Assembly (NCBI GenBank): GCA_026770705.1
Contig: JANJGN010000036.1
Coordinates: forward strand, 3,410,001-3,474,000
Length of the DNA: 64,000 bases
Direction: 5' to 3'
Origin: Isurus oxyrinchus
Lineage: Eukaryota
The position numbers were made by a program, and so were the translations under genes. How positions within the stretch are numbered: position 1 is the stretch's first letter; every line of letters begins with the position of its first letter. Of this stretch, positions 63,064-64,000 are shown one piece after another. The notes below the pieces were generated by a model. The model was given only the letters and a program-made list of their open reading frames with translations. It had not been told where the DNA came from and ran no database searches.

Positions 63064-64000
63064 NNNNNNNNNNNNNNNNNNNNNNNNNNNNNNNNNNNNN
63101 NNNNNNNNNNNNNNNNNNNNNNNNNNNNNNNNNNNNNNNNNNNNNNNNNNNNNNNNNNNNNNNNNNNNNNNNNNNNNNNNNNNNNNNNNNNNNNNNNNNN
63201 NNNNNNNNNNNNNNNNNNNNNNNNNNNNNNNNNNNNNNNNNNNNCTTATGTTGCACAAAATGCGAAATAATAACCGACAAAAGTTTGGCAACAAAATGTA
63301 AAACGAGGATCTAGACGAGAAAGTACCCCGGGGTGAAGGGAGAATATTTGCAATGCGACCAGTGTTTGTGCTTGCTAATGCCCATCTTCAGGGAATTCCC
63401 ACTTACCTTCGCCATATCGCTTTCATTCTACTGGCAATCCATTCTGACGCCACATTAGAGGGAGCTGCCACACGGCTTCTTCAGTGTTTTCCAGTTCAGT
63501 TTTTATTTAATAGGGCCCTTAGCACTGGTACTATCAACTGTGGGCAATGTTAGGTATCACCCGCCATTCCCCAACAATTACACTGCCTGTGTATGGTGTG
63601 TGCACATGTGCTCCATCCACTTCCTCAGGGGAGGCCCTTGAATCGTCTCGGGTTGGATCATGTCCTTGTCCCTGTTGATGATTCTCAGTGACTGGATTCC
63701 ATCATGTCAGAGAACATAATAAAGCGATTGACGAGCTTCAATAAATATATCAGCCATGAATTCTACCTTGCCCATTGAACCCATGTTGTCTACATGTTCT
63801 AAAATTTAACAATGAGGCCTAGTCAAATATTTACTCGATATAAAGGCCAGCTAATGCGAAACTGTCTATTTTAGTCCTGACATCTTCGACTTATTTCGGA
63901 CAGCCATCACTCCGTGATGGGTGAAGCTCCCACGTGTCCTGCTCATTTCTGGACTCAAGTCCTGCTCTTACCCCGAATCCCTTCGCTGACTACTGACTGC

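Noticed and set aside
59546-63301. Long ORFs of YLSI repeats (up to 342 aa) and X-containing ORFs
   Set aside because: Translations of the (TCTA)n microsatellite and N gaps.

Overview
Vertebrate genomic DNA, most likely from a cartilaginous fish (shark or ray; inferred from the repeat families and gene type). The window holds a tandemly duplicated cluster of non-rearranging, antigen-receptor-like Ig-superfamily genes. Each has a six-exon plan: leader / germline-joined VJ domain / C1 domain / Cys-stalk+TM / short cytoplasmic exon / terminal exon with a Y-A-x-(L/M)-x-(F/L) motif. There are two chain types. Minus-strand 'type 1' copies are A (694-5681), B (37703-44667) and a 3' remnant C (13074-22749). 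Plus-strand 'type 2' copies are D (30472-34731) and E (47183-52698), plus remnants. B and E lie head-to-head about 2.5 kb apart. Every copy reconstructed here carries nonsense or frameshift lesions, so this looks like the pseudogene-rich part of a birth-and-death receptor cluster. The rest is Penelope-like retroelements with degenerate hammerhead-type termini, CR1-type LINE fragments, minisatellites, large (TCTA)n microsatellites and two N gaps. All exon boundaries were read and translated by hand from GT-AG signals and phases; no database search was run.
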